A stretch of 64,000 bases of DNA from Podospora anserina. Its lineage: Eukaryota. The stretch covers positions 3,782,001 to 3,846,000 of the forward strand of contig CM030332.1 in NCBI GenBank assembly GCA_017654855.1, in the 5' to 3' direction. The notes beneath the pieces were generated by a model. That model was not told the DNA's origin and ran no database searches. It was given only the letters and a program-made list of their open reading frames with translations. This document shows positions 24,338-36,388 of the stretch, one piece after another. Every line of letters starts with the position of its first letter. Within the stretch, counting starts at the first letter, position 1. A program made the translations under genes and the position numbers.

Positions 24338-24988
24338 CAATCATGGTTTTAGGGGGAGGGGGGGTAGTGGGGGAAAAGAATATTTGCCGTGATGGTGGTT
24401 TGGGCTTACTGGAGGGAAGGATATTGACCTGATGGGTTTGAACCTGGGAGCTACTGGGAGGAAGGATATTGGGATATCAGTCGTATAAGTTTCAGCTGGT
24501 CAGGATTTTTGCCGTCGAGTGGAAAAGAGTCCGATACGGAGACAGAAGAAAGGGATCGACATAGCCACACTAAAGTTGGGCTCATCCCCCAAAGTTGATG
24601 TTTGGCGGGAAAGTTTTGGAAGTATGGAATACTTCCTGGAGGATGTACTATGTTGCAGAAAGAGGAGGAGGAGGATGAAGCCCAACAACGGGCCACTGCC
24701 TGGTCAAACAAACAGGCAACAGGTATTTGGAAACACAGAACATGGATTTGCAATGTAATTTCCCGCATGTAGAACAAAAGGTAGACAGCAACTTTCTTCG
24801 AAGATGGCTGTCGTCTATGAATGAACCACACAAAAAAACATATAATCATTACGCCATTTAGCTCCCGTTCCTTGTGCTATAATATTTTGAAGTTGCCCCC
24901 CAAAAAACAGTCCCACATAACAACACAGCCCAAAAATGTAAACGCCCGCAAAAGGTATATGATGCTCAAAAGAATCACCGCAACAAAC

Positions 24989-26148
24989 TTAGATATCGAC
25001 CTTCTTCTTGCGCTTGGGCGCCTCCTCCACTACCGTCTCCGCCTCGTCAAGGACATCCCGTTCGCGCTTGAGACCTTTCATCTTTCTTGTCTGGAGCTGG
25101 CTGAGATCCAGCTTGCCCATGTGGATTCTGCCGAGCTTGTCACCCATGATGTCGGTGGAGATGTTCTTCTTGGTGCGCTCCTCGTTGGTCTTGGCCTTAC
25201 GCATCGCCTCCTTGAGCATAGCCTCGTCGGGTTCTTGGATTCTACCGATGCGGAAGTCGATACGGGGACCATGTTCCTCCAGCTCGACGCGGGGAAGCTT
25301 TTGGCCGGAGCGCTTGGTCTGGATGGTGTAGACGCGGAGGCGGAGGACAGCCTTGGAGGATGGGTCGTCGGAGTTCTCGGCGGTGGTGGGCTCGTCAGCA
25401 GTGACAACGACAACGAAACGGAGACCCTCGACGTCAATCTTGTCGGATGTCTCGCCGCGGAAGAAGTCGATGAGCATGGACTTGGCCAAGGTGAAGCCAT
25501 TCGGTACAGGAGATTCGCTAGAGAATAGGTTAGCATTCACGCAAAGTAGTTAGATGCCAAGAAGTGAAACATACAAGGCCGTCCCCGCAAAAACCATCAA
25601 CGGCCTGGTTCCCACTGGCACCTTCTGGGTCTTGAACTGCGAAATGCTGCGGAACGACTCGCCATCGAGGCAGAGCTCAAGCATGTCGAGGATCTTGTAG
25701 TCAAAGGTGCGCGCAAAGGTGATGGTGTGTGGGCGCTTCTTGTTGGAGCTGCCAAACAACAAAAGACTACAGTCGTTTTTCTCAGAGAAGAAGGCGAGCG
25801 AGCTGGCGTCTTCGAAAGGATGGATCGCATTCTTCTTCTGGAAGCGCTTGGCATGGACTTGCCTGAGCGCATAGAGATCGCCTAGGGCATCTTGTGTCTG
25901 TTTTGGAACTCCTTCTTAGCATACATTCGTCTCAATTGCATCGTGGGTGGCATCGACATACGATTTGACTGCAGGAGGTACCCCTCAAAAAGAGGGCCTT
26001 CTTGGGGTTCTCGACGGCTTTCGGCGCCCGCTTCTCGAGGGCACGCTTCGAGCGAGCGGTTTTGGGCTTTCTAAATTTCAAAGTAATTAGCCATGTTATG
26101 CGACAGCTTCCCGAGTCGAATTGGAGGTGCTTACACTGTGCGAAGCAT
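24989..26148 (-). CDS. rpf2: Ribosome biogenesis Brix-domain protein Rpf2 (~324 aa); exons 26148-26135, 26070-25962, 25897-25575, 25517-24989
   Basis: Spliced product MLRTVKPKTARSKRALEKRAPKAVENPKKALFLRGT...KKNAIHPFED...GSSNKKRPH...KSMLIDFFRG...PRVELEEHGPRIDF...LQTRKMKGLK; three canonical introns preserve frame. Confidence 0.95.
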
Positions 26149-26203
26149 TTCGATGGCGATGTCGTCAAAAAGTTGATGATGGTGGTGCTAACTTGAATGG
26201 CTG

Positions 26204-26247
26204 CGAAATTATTTTGGCTAAGCTCAACTTTCTTATCAGCTTATCGC
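26204..26247 (-). promoter_or_regulatory. Putative ribosome-biogenesis promoter elements (RRPE-like A/T tract and tandem PAC-like GATAAG)
   Basis: Minus strand reads GCGATAAGCTGATAAG (26232-26247) and AAAATAATTTCG (26204-26215), 55-100 bp upstream of the rpf2 ATG; resembles yeast PAC (GCGATGAG) and RRPE. Functional role inferred. Confidence 0.45.
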
Positions 26248-26308
26248 TACGCTCTTGCGCTTGGTGAATCTGGGTGGGGCCGGCGGAAATGTGGGGCCCA
26301 GGACTTTA

Positions 26309-27602
26309 CTGTGGTTACGTACAAAAGTTTTGCCCCCTTGTCAAGTACCGCCTAGGGCCTTGTTTTTTTGGCTAGGCCAACTTCGGCCAAAATTCTACCG
26401 CAATTTCCTCCAGACCAGTATTTTCCACCTTTCAACACCACTTAGCCAGCCAGCCAGCACCACAATGGCTCCCAATCGCCACCTTACTACTGAAGAGCGT
26501 CAACGAATTCGTACCCTTTATTTCGACGGCCACCTTAGCCAACCCCGAATTCAAGAAACCACTGGTTATACGAAATACCAAATCCGCCATGCGATACGAG
26601 CCCCGGCGGCCGAGGTCGCCCCACGATCTGGCCGACCACGCGTTATTACGGCCGATCAAGAGCTCGAGCTTATTCGGTATGTGTGTGAATCAAAGGCACA
26701 CCGTCGGATGAGCTTCCTGGAGCTTTCTATTGCCCTTTTCAACTCCCTTCTTAACTGGATTACGATTCGCAACGCCCTTTACCGCCACGGATTTCGCCGT
26801 CGAGTTGCTCGGAAGAAGCCTCCTATTTCAGAAGCCAACCAGCAAAAGCGACTGGCCTGGGCTATAGAACATAAAGACTGGACTCTCGAACAATAGCGTA
26901 CAATCCTTTGGAGTAACGAAACCTGGGTAGTTGGTGGTCCTCACCGTAAGCAGTATGTTACACGCCGAATCGACGAGGAATGGGACCCTACTTGTATCGT
27001 TGAAAAGCACTAGAGAAAAGGAGGGTGGATGTTCTGGGGCTGCTTTTACGGCTCAACTAAAGGCCCTGGTATCTTCTGGGAAAAGGAATGGGGATCGATC
27101 AATGAGTATTCTTACCGAAAGAATATCCTTCCTAACGTCCACGAATTTATTGACGATACCTTCGAGCAACACCATTTACAGCTTTCTTTTATGCAGGACG
27201 GCGTACCTGGCCATCGAGCGGCCGGTACGAAGAAGGATCTTGAGAATAGGAAGATTAGAGTAGTTGATTGGCCTCCTTTTTCCCCAGATTTAAACCCTAT
27301 TGAATCCTGTTGGAATTGGATGAAGGATTATATTGAGGATAAATACGGCCTTGAGGAGAAGCCGTCGTACGCGAAGTTGAAGAGGTACGTGGAGGAGGCC
27401 TGGCAAGAGCTTCCGGAATCTTACCTTCAAACGCTGTTGGATTCGATGCCCAGTCGGTGTGAGGCAGTAATTGCAGCGAATGGTATGCATACAAAATACT
27501 AGCTATAGATATGGTGATTATTTTGTAGAATACAATCGTCAGGGTGGACCTTGACTAGCGCGAGTACTTGACAAGAAGGCAAAACTTACCCCTGCACCAC
27601 AG
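26309..27602 (+). mobile_element. Tc1/mariner-superfamily DNA transposon (DD34E), 1294 bp, TA target-site duplication, imperfect ~40-bp TIRs
   Basis: TA at 26307-26308 and 27603-27604; left end CTGTGGTTACGTACAAAAGTTTTGCCCCCTTGTCAAGTAC vs reverse complement of right end CTGTGGTGCAGGGGTAAGTTTTGCCTTCTTGTCAAGTAC; encloses a transposase frame. Confidence 0.93.
26465..27502 (+). pseudogene. Tc1-like transposase (345 codons) with two in-frame stops and a mutated catalytic Asp
   Basis: Single frame from ATG 26465: HTH region, RSGRPR, RRVARKKP, then TAG at 26894 and 27011; WSNE (expected WSDE), QDG..H, WPPFSPDLNPIE with 34 residues between the second D and E. Confidence 0.92.
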
Positions 27603-30298
27603 TAACGTCAACTCCAAGCTTCACATCATGGCATATGAAGGGTACCAGCATCAATGGATGTTACAGCAATACGAGAAGTCGGCGCATTACTATCTTGGAG
27701 ATTCCAGTCAAGTATATTCCAATATTAGTAACATGTACTATGAACGTATGAGCGCAGGTTTGTTGTTGGTGTGGGGGATAATCCATATTCACCACACTAA
27801 TGAGTTGACCAAACACCTCCCGCCACCATGTTTTGGGAGTTTTGGTAGAAGTCCTCAATGCCCAATCTCAAGTTCTGCTTAACACCTGGGACTTTGTGAT
27901 GAGCTGACCACTGGGCCGGCGTATTGGTTTTGAGTGCTCTGTCATCAAGAGAGCCACAGGCATCGTGACTGCGGTGGATGAGATGTTGTTTGGTTACGAG
28001 GTACCGGGAAGCACTTGCTACTGAATGGAAACCTTGAGGTCCATCCTGCGGCAACCATGCCGATGGGTCTGGTCCCGGAAATAGTGCACCAGTTCGTCTG
28101 ATGTGATCCTATCTCATCCCAGTCATTGTGGGCTCTTGGGTAGCGTTTGTGATATATTGAGTTCTACGAGACCCTTTTTTTTTTCTGTTGTCATATTCTT
28201 GGTTCTAAGTTGTGGCCGGAATTTAAAGCTCGTTGTGCAGAAGTCGGTAAGAGGATAGAGTAGAAAATAGGCGAGAAGTCAACTTGGATGGCGCAATATG
28301 ATCTTTCGAGTATTTACCTAAATATGTGATGATTGTAAATATTTATACAAACACAAAGAAGATAGATTGACACTTGAAATAATTTGGCCCGTCTTGAAAA
28401 CATGCTGCTCCATCTGTTTGTATGCCTTGACTGTTGATTTGGGCCGAGAGTATCCTCGGGTACCGCACCCGGGTTTTCAACATTGATATTTTTGGGTGCC
28501 GAACAATGCCTCTTGCCAAAATTTGCCTGCGTATTGCAAATGATTTTTCATGCCGAGGTGTCGCCAGCTGTTGCCCCATCGCACGGTGTTCTTCTGTCCA
28601 TCTCTGTGGCCTTCGCTGGGCTGACACGAGCGCGGCGGGCGAGCCTGCCCAGCAGCATCAGGATGTCTTGCGCTCTCCAGGCCGCGCAACAAGGTTTCTG
28701 TGTCTGGAAAAGTAACATTTGGCAGAGCTACTTCTGGTGATTCTAGCCATATATATTATAGCGTGGGAAACGTCGTGGGTATCGAGATAATGCGGTGTAG
28801 AGACGTCCGGTCCCTCCAAACTGGTGTTCTTGCTAGTCTTTGTCCCTTTTCCGCCCGCGGATTCCGCGCAAATCGAGGCCAACGGTTACGCCAAAATTAC
28901 CGTTGGATTCCTTTCCTTCCGCGCTATCGTTTGATGCAAGATATATGATGGTAGCTGCCATTGCTGTTAAGCAATTCGACGAACAAGACAGCATTCTCGT
29001 CTGCTGTCCTCGCAGCCTCCACTGGGGCGTGGGCTCTCATCCTCATCACATGCTAACCACCCCCCCCACCCCTCCCCACCCAATACTCGGATCTTTTAGC
29101 ACAACACCGAAATACTTTGCGATATTGAGCATTTCAACCAAAACAGACAGCCCGCAACACCTATAATTCCTCTCAGAACTTGATTCCCAGAATCCTCAAC
29201 TCTCGCTCTATCCAGCCATGTTTTCCATTTCACCATAACCCCATCCCATCCCCATCTCCTCCCCGTCCCCCTTCCCCTCCCCTCCCAGAGAAACCCGCGC
29301 TGAGAAAGAAAGTAGATCTTTTGGGGCTGTTGAAGGTGACGCGGCACCGGGAACGAGTCGGGCGGGAACGACGCGATCGCGAGTGTCGAGTAATCCCGAA
29401 GTACCGTCCGAAACTCAAGACGATCAGGGAGGTGCGTTGGGAGGAGTGATTTTGAGTCATGTCTTTCTCTTGTTGGTGGTTTCGGTTGGGTGTCTGTCGT
29501 TTGTTGTGGTGGTTTTGGTAGGTGTCTGTCTTTTGTTGGTGGTATTGGCGATGGAGAAGGAGGCGGCTTTCGTTTTTGAGATGGTTGTTTGGATTGTTTT
29601 CTGACTTGGTTGGCATTCGGTTTTGTTTGGTGGGTTTCTTGGTTGTTTTGCTCTTGTAATTAGCGCTGGCTCTCAGCGTTTGGCTTTCTTGTTTTCTGTT
29701 GGCGTTTTTCTGTTTGTATCTAGATACCTCTCGGCGTTGCTTTTTTTGGCTTTCTCATGGTGGAAGTCCACCCAGTGTCCCCCCAGCACGAGCGACGAAG
29801 CCGGACTCTGCACCTCCTCGTGGTGTCGCTTGGTAACCGGTTGCAAGCGTAGCAGGGCCAATACAGAGACGCATCTGTAGTTGGTGGTAATAAAATCTGC
29901 TGTCCATGAGTTGTTCTAGGATTGACATGGTGTTTTGTGTGGTTGTCGTGCTTCTGTCGTGTTGTCTGATCCAACATCTACCGACTAAGCCCTCCGCTTG
30001 GTGTCCTTCCATCATCGTCGGTCATCGCAGTCAACCAGCATTTTTCCTCCTGTAAAAGATTCAACCACGCGTGTGTTGTTAAAATTGGCGTAATAAGGTT
30101 TCGCTGTTGAAGATGCTGCCTGTCTTTTTGCTGTCGGTTTGGCGGAGGCTGATTTTGACTCACCGTGGCTGCCCATTAAAGTCAAAGTAAGTTCACCTTG
30201 GCCTTTTGACCTGAATCTACCCATTACAAGACTCTCCCAACCAATCCTTGGTAGCACATTCACCACGCATTATCACCAAGCCGACCCCAAAACCCACA

Positions 30299-30796
30299 AT
30301 GGCAACCACGCCAAGACCCCTCTTCGTTTACGGCACCTTGTGTGCTCCAGAGCTGCTTGCCATGCTCCTCCGGGAATCAGACGAGACCGCCCCCGACGTC
30401 GACAAAATACACCCCATGCTGCAACCTGCAACCGTCAAGGGATATGAGCGGCGTTCGTTATACTTCGGCAGTGGTTACGCCCAGCAGCCTGCGGTAATTG
30501 CCTCCAAAGACCCAAATGCCTCGATCCAGGGCTGCCTCCTCACACTAGCGACCACGTCTCAACGTCGGAAACTCGACAACTTCGAAGGTGAAGGAGAGGC
30601 ATACAAGTGCGTTCCCGTCCAGGTTCACATCGCTACCGATCAGTCAGTAGCGGCAGACATGTACCTCTGGAATGGCCCGATGGAGAAGATATCTCCTGAT
30701 CCTTGGGACTTTACCGCCTTTGTCAAAAATGGGCTGCAGGACTTCTTCCTCAATGTTTTTGAAGGAATGGAATTTGGTGGTGAAGAGGACCAGTAA
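30299..30796 (+). CDS. AIG2-like gamma-glutamylcyclotransferase family protein (165 aa)
   Basis: LFVYGTL motif at the N-terminus, PAT(V)KGYER, LDNFEG...Y catalytic-Glu region, A.MYLW and WDF..F C-terminus. Confidence 0.88.
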   Translation: MATTPRPLFVYGTLCAPELLAMLLRESDETAPDVDKIHPMLQPATVKGYERRSLYFGSGYAQQPAVIASKDPNASIQGCLLTLATTSQRRKLDNFEGEGEAYKCVPVQVHIATDQSVAADMYLWNGPMEKISPDPWDFTAFVKNGLQDFFLNVFEGMEFGGEEDQ

Positions 30797-31126
30797 ACTT
30801 GCACAAGAAAATATGGACCACAGCTTGGTCGAAGCAAACACATATAAAATGTAAGTTCCCCTATGTCACCTGCAAGTGAGCTATTTCGTGATGCTGACAG
30901 GTTGACTAGAGCGCTTATGTTCTCAAAAAGGAAAACAGAAAACAATCTTGGCAGATGTCGTTGGATTCAGGGGCTCGCTCAAATATTCTTCCGCTGCGAG
31001 ATATGAAGATGGTGTGGGGAGTGGCGTGGGGGCGACCCGATCTTGGTGTTCTTGGCACGGTCCCCCCTGAGGTTCCATTTTCAACCGCAGACCTTGGACG
31101 ACGCAATCAGCTTCCCCATAAAATGC

Positions 31127-31988
31127 TTATCTGACGACTGTTCCAGCCGCAGGCTCGCAGCCCGCGGAGATGGGAAGAGGGTGTGCTTTCACTGCCGCGC
31201 GCGAGCTCCGAGAGGTTGCTTTGGACCCGGAACACCCTTATCTTCGTCCCCGTCGAGAGCTGCAGGAGCAGAGATAACCCACACAACCCGGTCGCTCCAA
31301 TCACATCTTTACAATTGCAATCGTCAAAGCAGTGAGCAGCGTCGGTTCAAGCCTCATGAAGTCATATCCAATGTGGGCGTCTGTGAGGTTCTTGGCTTTG
31401 TATGATAAGGACGGCAATGGTGTTGAGGTTGTTGGTCCCTCGGGAGGGAGGATTTTGGGTGAGGTTTCGGAACACAACTGCAAGAAAAACTCAAACTCGA
31501 AAAAATCCAAGGAAGAACGGAGAAACAGGAGATGTCATACTGGTTTGTCGACAGTATTCCCGGTGAAGAATAACCCAGACTCCACAAAAGCTTGTATAGC
31601 GGGAACTGTTGAGATATATGGGGATCAGATTACCACCGTAGGGACGGTACTTGCATCTCCGGATTCGAGGCTGGCTTTTCTTGACATGCATATCCGGCCA
31701 CTCAGAGGGCCCGTCGGACCTCTTATCAAGATCTGCGGTGTGGCGCGGCTCCCGTTTGGGGGTTTTCCAAGTTCTAGATCTGGGGAATGCACACCTACCC
31801 GTGGTTTTCAGCGTGCTGAAGGTGCCAAACATGCGTTTCCGGATCGAGTCCGTGGAAACGTCATTGTGTTTGTCGGTAGTGATATGAGTGCGATATGAGA
31901 GAATTCGGGAGTGAGCCAAGAGTCGTGATTGTGTGTGTATGGAAGTTGTATATCCGTCAAGTTTGTGAGGGACGCTCACAGGTATAAG
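31127..31988 (+). promoter_or_regulatory. Nitrate-responsive promoter: GATA (AreA/NIT2) sites and NirA/NIT4-type sites
   Basis: HGATAR at 31127, 31238, 31272, 31403, 31723; CTCCGCGG (NirA consensus CTCCGHGG) on the minus strand at 31162-31169; TCCGTGGA at 31849-31856; TATA-like TATAAG at 31983. Confidence 0.55.
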
Positions 31989-32071
31989 ACCAGACCTTGG
32001 CCTGGCTCATTCAGACTAGTTCCTGGCTAGAGAGCATCAGTTCATCTACAGCAAAAGGGCTAGCTTGAAAC

Positions 32072-33741
32072 ATGGGCCTCAAACTCGCTCACCTTTACGC
32101 TGCCCCTGAGGTTAACCCCGTTAACCGAAAGGCGCGGGCGATACCTTTCTTTAACCCTGTCAATGTTTACGGCCGGGTGTTCTTCTTCTCGTGGTTCGGT
32201 TTCATGATCGCGTTCTGGGGTAAGTTTCTGTCATTCTGCTACTACCTACCTGGCAATTCTGTACTAACTTTCTGTGCTTTAGCTTGGTATACATTCCCAC
32301 CATTGGTATGATGACACCTTCTCATAGCATCAATGAGGTGTAGGAGTCTAACAGATGCCGTCTATAGCTCACACATACTATCAAATATGACCTCAACCTC
32401 TCACCGGCTGAGGTAGCCAACAGCAACATTGTGTCTCTTCTAGCCACCCTCCTCGTCAGGGTCATCGCCGGCCCATTATGCGATCAATTCGGTCCCCGCA
32501 AAGTCTTTGGCGGCCTTCTCCTCATCGGCGCCATTCCCCTCGGCTTGGCCCCTCTAGTGCAAAACATCAACGGGCTCTACGTCTCCCGCTTCTTCATCGG
32601 CATTCTCGGCGGCTCTTTTGTCCCCTGCCAAGTCTGGTCAACCGGCTTTTTCGACAAGAACGTCGTCGGCACGGCCAACGCCCTGACCGGCGGCTTCGGC
32701 AACGCGGGAGGCGGCATCACCTACTTCATCATGCCCGCCGTCTACGACGCCTTTGTCGCCAGCGGCCGCTCCCCGGGGCAATCCTGGCGGCTGACGTTCA
32801 TCATCCCTCTTGTCATGGTCATCGCAACGGGGACTGCCCTCCTTCTCCTCTGCCCCGACACCCCCACCGGCAAGTGGGCCGACCGTCACCTCCAAGCAAA
32901 GGAGAACCTTCACGCCCACGGCATCGATGAGACGATCGTCGACATCCCCGGCGCCATCACCGACCGGTTGCCTTCCACCCCACCAGAGAGCAACCACGAG
33001 AAGGTTGACCTGAAGATTGAACGGAAGACTTCAGCCGCATTTGACCACGAGGCGCAGCTTTCAAAGACGGAGATGATCCAGACTGCCCAGGGGGAGATTG
33101 TCCAGAAGCCGACACTGAAGGAGGCCCTCCAGGTCGCGCGCTCCCCGCAGACGATTTTTCACATCTTGACGTACTCGTGCTCTTTTGGGTCGGAGCTGGC
33201 GATCAATGCCATCCTGGCGTCTTATTACGTCAAGAATTTTCCTTCGCTCGGGCAGACGGCTGCGTCGAACTATGCTGCCATTTTTGGGTTTCTCAATTTT
33301 GTTACGCGCCCTCTTGGGGGTATTGTGTCTGATATTTTGTACAATTATTTTGGACGCTCGCTGTGGTTGAAAAAGATGTGGATCGTGGTTTGTGGTGCTG
33401 TCACTGGGGTGTTGTTGATCGTGATTGGGGTTTTGGACCCGAGGGATCAGGGGGTGATGTTTGGATTGGTCGCGGTGATGGCGGTTTTTTTGGAGGCGGG
33501 GAATGGTGCGAATTTCAGCTTGGTGCCGCACGTGCATCCGTTTGCGAATGGGATTTTGTCGGGGTTGACGGGGGCGGGTGGGAACTTGGGCGGGGTGGTG
33601 TTTGCGGTTGTGTTTAGGTTTATGGATGGGGGGAAGGGGTATGCGAGGGGGTTTTGGGTGATTGGGGTTGTTAATCTTGGGATCGCTTTGGGGGTGAGTT
33701 GGATTAGGCCGCTGCCGAGGGGGCAGGTTGGGGGGCATTAG
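32072..33741 (+). CDS. crnA: High-affinity nitrate transporter, NRT2/NNP family of MFS (CrnA/NrtA-like), ~514 aa; exons 32072-32219, 32283-32305, 32368-33741
   Basis: N-terminus [28 protein letters not shown]; nitrate signatures GGFGNAGGG and GAGGNLGG; conserved Arg in LLVRVIAG and [19 protein letters not shown]. Assignment to crnA rather than a paralogue is not certain. Confidence 0.93.
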
Positions 33742-35344
33742 ATGGGAAGATGGGTCGTGAATTGGTTTACGGATGGGGACTCTCTTTTAGCGTGGTGTTT
33801 TGGTGTTCTGGGTTGGGTAAACAAACATGGCGGGTTACGGGGCTGGGATCTGGAATTAAAAGACCATATCGAGTTTACATTGCTCTTTACGAACGATATC
33901 AATGTGTTGTGGCACCATTTGCCAAAGACTCCATTGCAACGCGATGAACATCAGAGCATGAATGACGTTCAGCTGTGTCTTGATCAAACCTGGTCGAGAG
34001 CTACGAAGTGCAACTGATTCTGAAGATGACTTACACTGACTGTCTGTTCCAGGCCCTGTCCCGGACACACAGATCTTGGCAGGTAGGTAGGTATCTATCC
34101 TTGGAACAACACATCCGTCAAACACTCGGAACTTGTGGTCGAACAACCAACCCCAGGAACAACAGTCACCGCCAGACAACTGACAACCAACCAACCGCCA
34201 GTCCTCCGCCAAGTTTACCGGTGTGTTGCCCCCCAGCATCTCACGATATTACCCCAACCGGGGCGGTGTCGGATATCGCACCCGGCGGTCACTTGCACGA
34301 AACAACCTTCCGTACTCTCCTCAACCGGCGGCAACCATCGGAAGAAAACACCCACCCCTTATTTGACCCTTCCACACCGAAAATCTGCACAACAAACTCC
34401 CTTGGCAACATGCGTAGGTGGTCACGATGTTACATATACGCACAGTCTTTGTCCTTTTTGACACACAACCTCGCCCCTTTACATAACCAACCCGAACCCT
34501 AACTCTCCGACCGGCCCGGCTATCGGCACCGACAGCCGCTCCGGCTTCGAAGGCCCACTACCTCCCGAGAACCGCCCCACTTTTGCCGTGCCGGGAATGA
34601 AAGTTGTGGGGAACGGACTGGTCCGTAGCGCAAATGTGTGATACGTCACGCTAAGGCAGACCCGCAACCATCGAGTTCGAGTCAAGGAAGGAACCGAGCG
34701 GTCGGGAAATGCCATGACGGAATTGGGATGGGATTTTTTGGGTGGTCACATGTGGCGGTTTACGCTTGGGGGGAAAGGGGGGGGGAAGTCGGGGGTTAGT
34801 CGGAGGTTTGAGTCGGGGGTTTCATCACACAGGATAGCACATATTGTATCGTTAGACGGTAAGATAGTCGAGAGCTATCGCAAGTGATGTTGAAGGTCGG
34901 TTTGGAAAAAGTCTGGAACACCCCTTGTGGAGAGATAGGGAAAGAGACGAACCGGATCGGTTGTCGGCGGTGGAGTTTTGCGGGAACGGCACATGGCGGA
35001 CTACACTATGGAGAGGGGACCCGCACCGATGGAAAAGTGTAACCCTTCCCGAAGCAGCGGCGGGTGGAAAATTCAGGGAAGGAGTCACTGGTTCTTTTCT
35101 TCTCCAGATCGGGGGGATCGGTGGACGGGTTGGGGGATGTAGATAAGTAGAAGGGGATCTCCTGTTTTGTTCATCTTTGTGAGATACAGACCTCGAGACC
35201 AGGGAATCTTGAACATACCATTGAAGACATCTCGATCTTGCATGAAGGAGTAAAATTGGATGTTATACAATGACAACAATGCCTTGCTCTTTACCTTGCG
35301 TACCGCATATTGTTGGGCCGGATAGAGGGTCGAATAACGAGATT

Positions 35345-36388
35345 ATGGAAGCTCAGGATCATCAACCCCCACCGCCATCACGACCTACAGAGACGATGAT
35401 GGATCCTCAAAGACAACAAGAACCTATCTCGTCTTCATCCTCCACCACCGAGGCCGAAGTCGAAACACCCACCAACAACCCCCCACCACCACCATCACCA
35501 AAAACCCTCCTCACGGCTTCCAAAATATGGAACTATCTCAACCAAGACATCAAACCCACCACCTTTGCCGAGATCCAACTTACGCTTTTAACATTCTGCA
35601 TCGGTTTACAAGGTTAGTTTTCCCTGGTCTTCGCTAGGTCACCTTGCCCACATCATATATCTCCCCTTACCCATCCCCCTCACCTATCCTCCTCCCACCC
35701 CCTTGCTAACTCTGTTTCCCTACTAGACGCAGTCTCCTTCCCCGACTTCCACTGCTTCGCCTCCAACCAAACAGGCAACACCGTCTTCCTCGTCCTAGCC
35801 ATCATCCTCCCCGAGATGGACGGCGAAATGTTTGTCACCTCCAACATCGCCGTCGCCCTGGGCTTCTTCCTCGCGGCCGCCTATCTCACCGGCCAGCTTG
35901 GGCACATCATCGGCCCCCGCCGCCGCTTGTACATCATAATCTGCAACCTCATCCAGACCTGCCTCGTCTTTGCGACTGCTGTCCTGCAGTACAAGAAGGG
36001 GGTCGAGCCCCAGGGTACACGAACCCTCCTGGCGATTGGGTTTCTTGCCACTGCTGCGGGATCGCAGGTTGTGGTGAGTAGGAGTTTGAAGATGACCGAG
36101 ATTAGCACGGCGATGGCGACGGCGGCGTGGTTGGATTTGGTGATTGATCCTGATTTGATGAGGGTGAAAAATAGGGGGAGGAATAGGAGGTTGATGTTTT
36201 TGGGGAGTTTGATTTTGGGGACGTTGGTGGGGGCGGTGATTTTCAAGAGGGTGGGGAGTGCGGTTGCGTTGTTTGTTAGTGCTGGGGGGAAAGGGGTGGT
36301 GACGGGGATGTGGTTTGGTGTTGAGGGGGAGGAAAGTAGGAAGAGGGAGGGGCGGGAAGAGAAGGGGGAGATGGGGGTGATGGTTTAA
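35345..36388 (+). CDS. DUF1275 (YoaK-like) membrane protein, ~309 aa; intron 35613-35726
   Basis: Spliced junction gives TFCIGLQDAVSF...CFASNQTGNTVFL, the DUF1275 D...F....TGN motif; AAGSQ...SR.L...EISTAMAT; RNRR..F; multiple hydrophobic helices. Start ATG uncertain. Confidence 0.85.

Noticed and set aside
26894-27013. Transposase TAG stops as A-to-I-correctable sites
   Set aside because: RIP explains them more simply, and editing of 27011 would give Trp rather than the probable original Gln; three separate lesions would need repair.
29180-29449. Basic, Pro-rich 89-aa ORF
   Set aside because: No ATG in frame and no convincing upstream exon; cannot support, though a small spliced gene is not excluded.
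31332-31898. 188-aa ORF upstream of the nitrate transporter
   Set aside because: No recognisable motif or codon bias; overlaps likely promoter elements.
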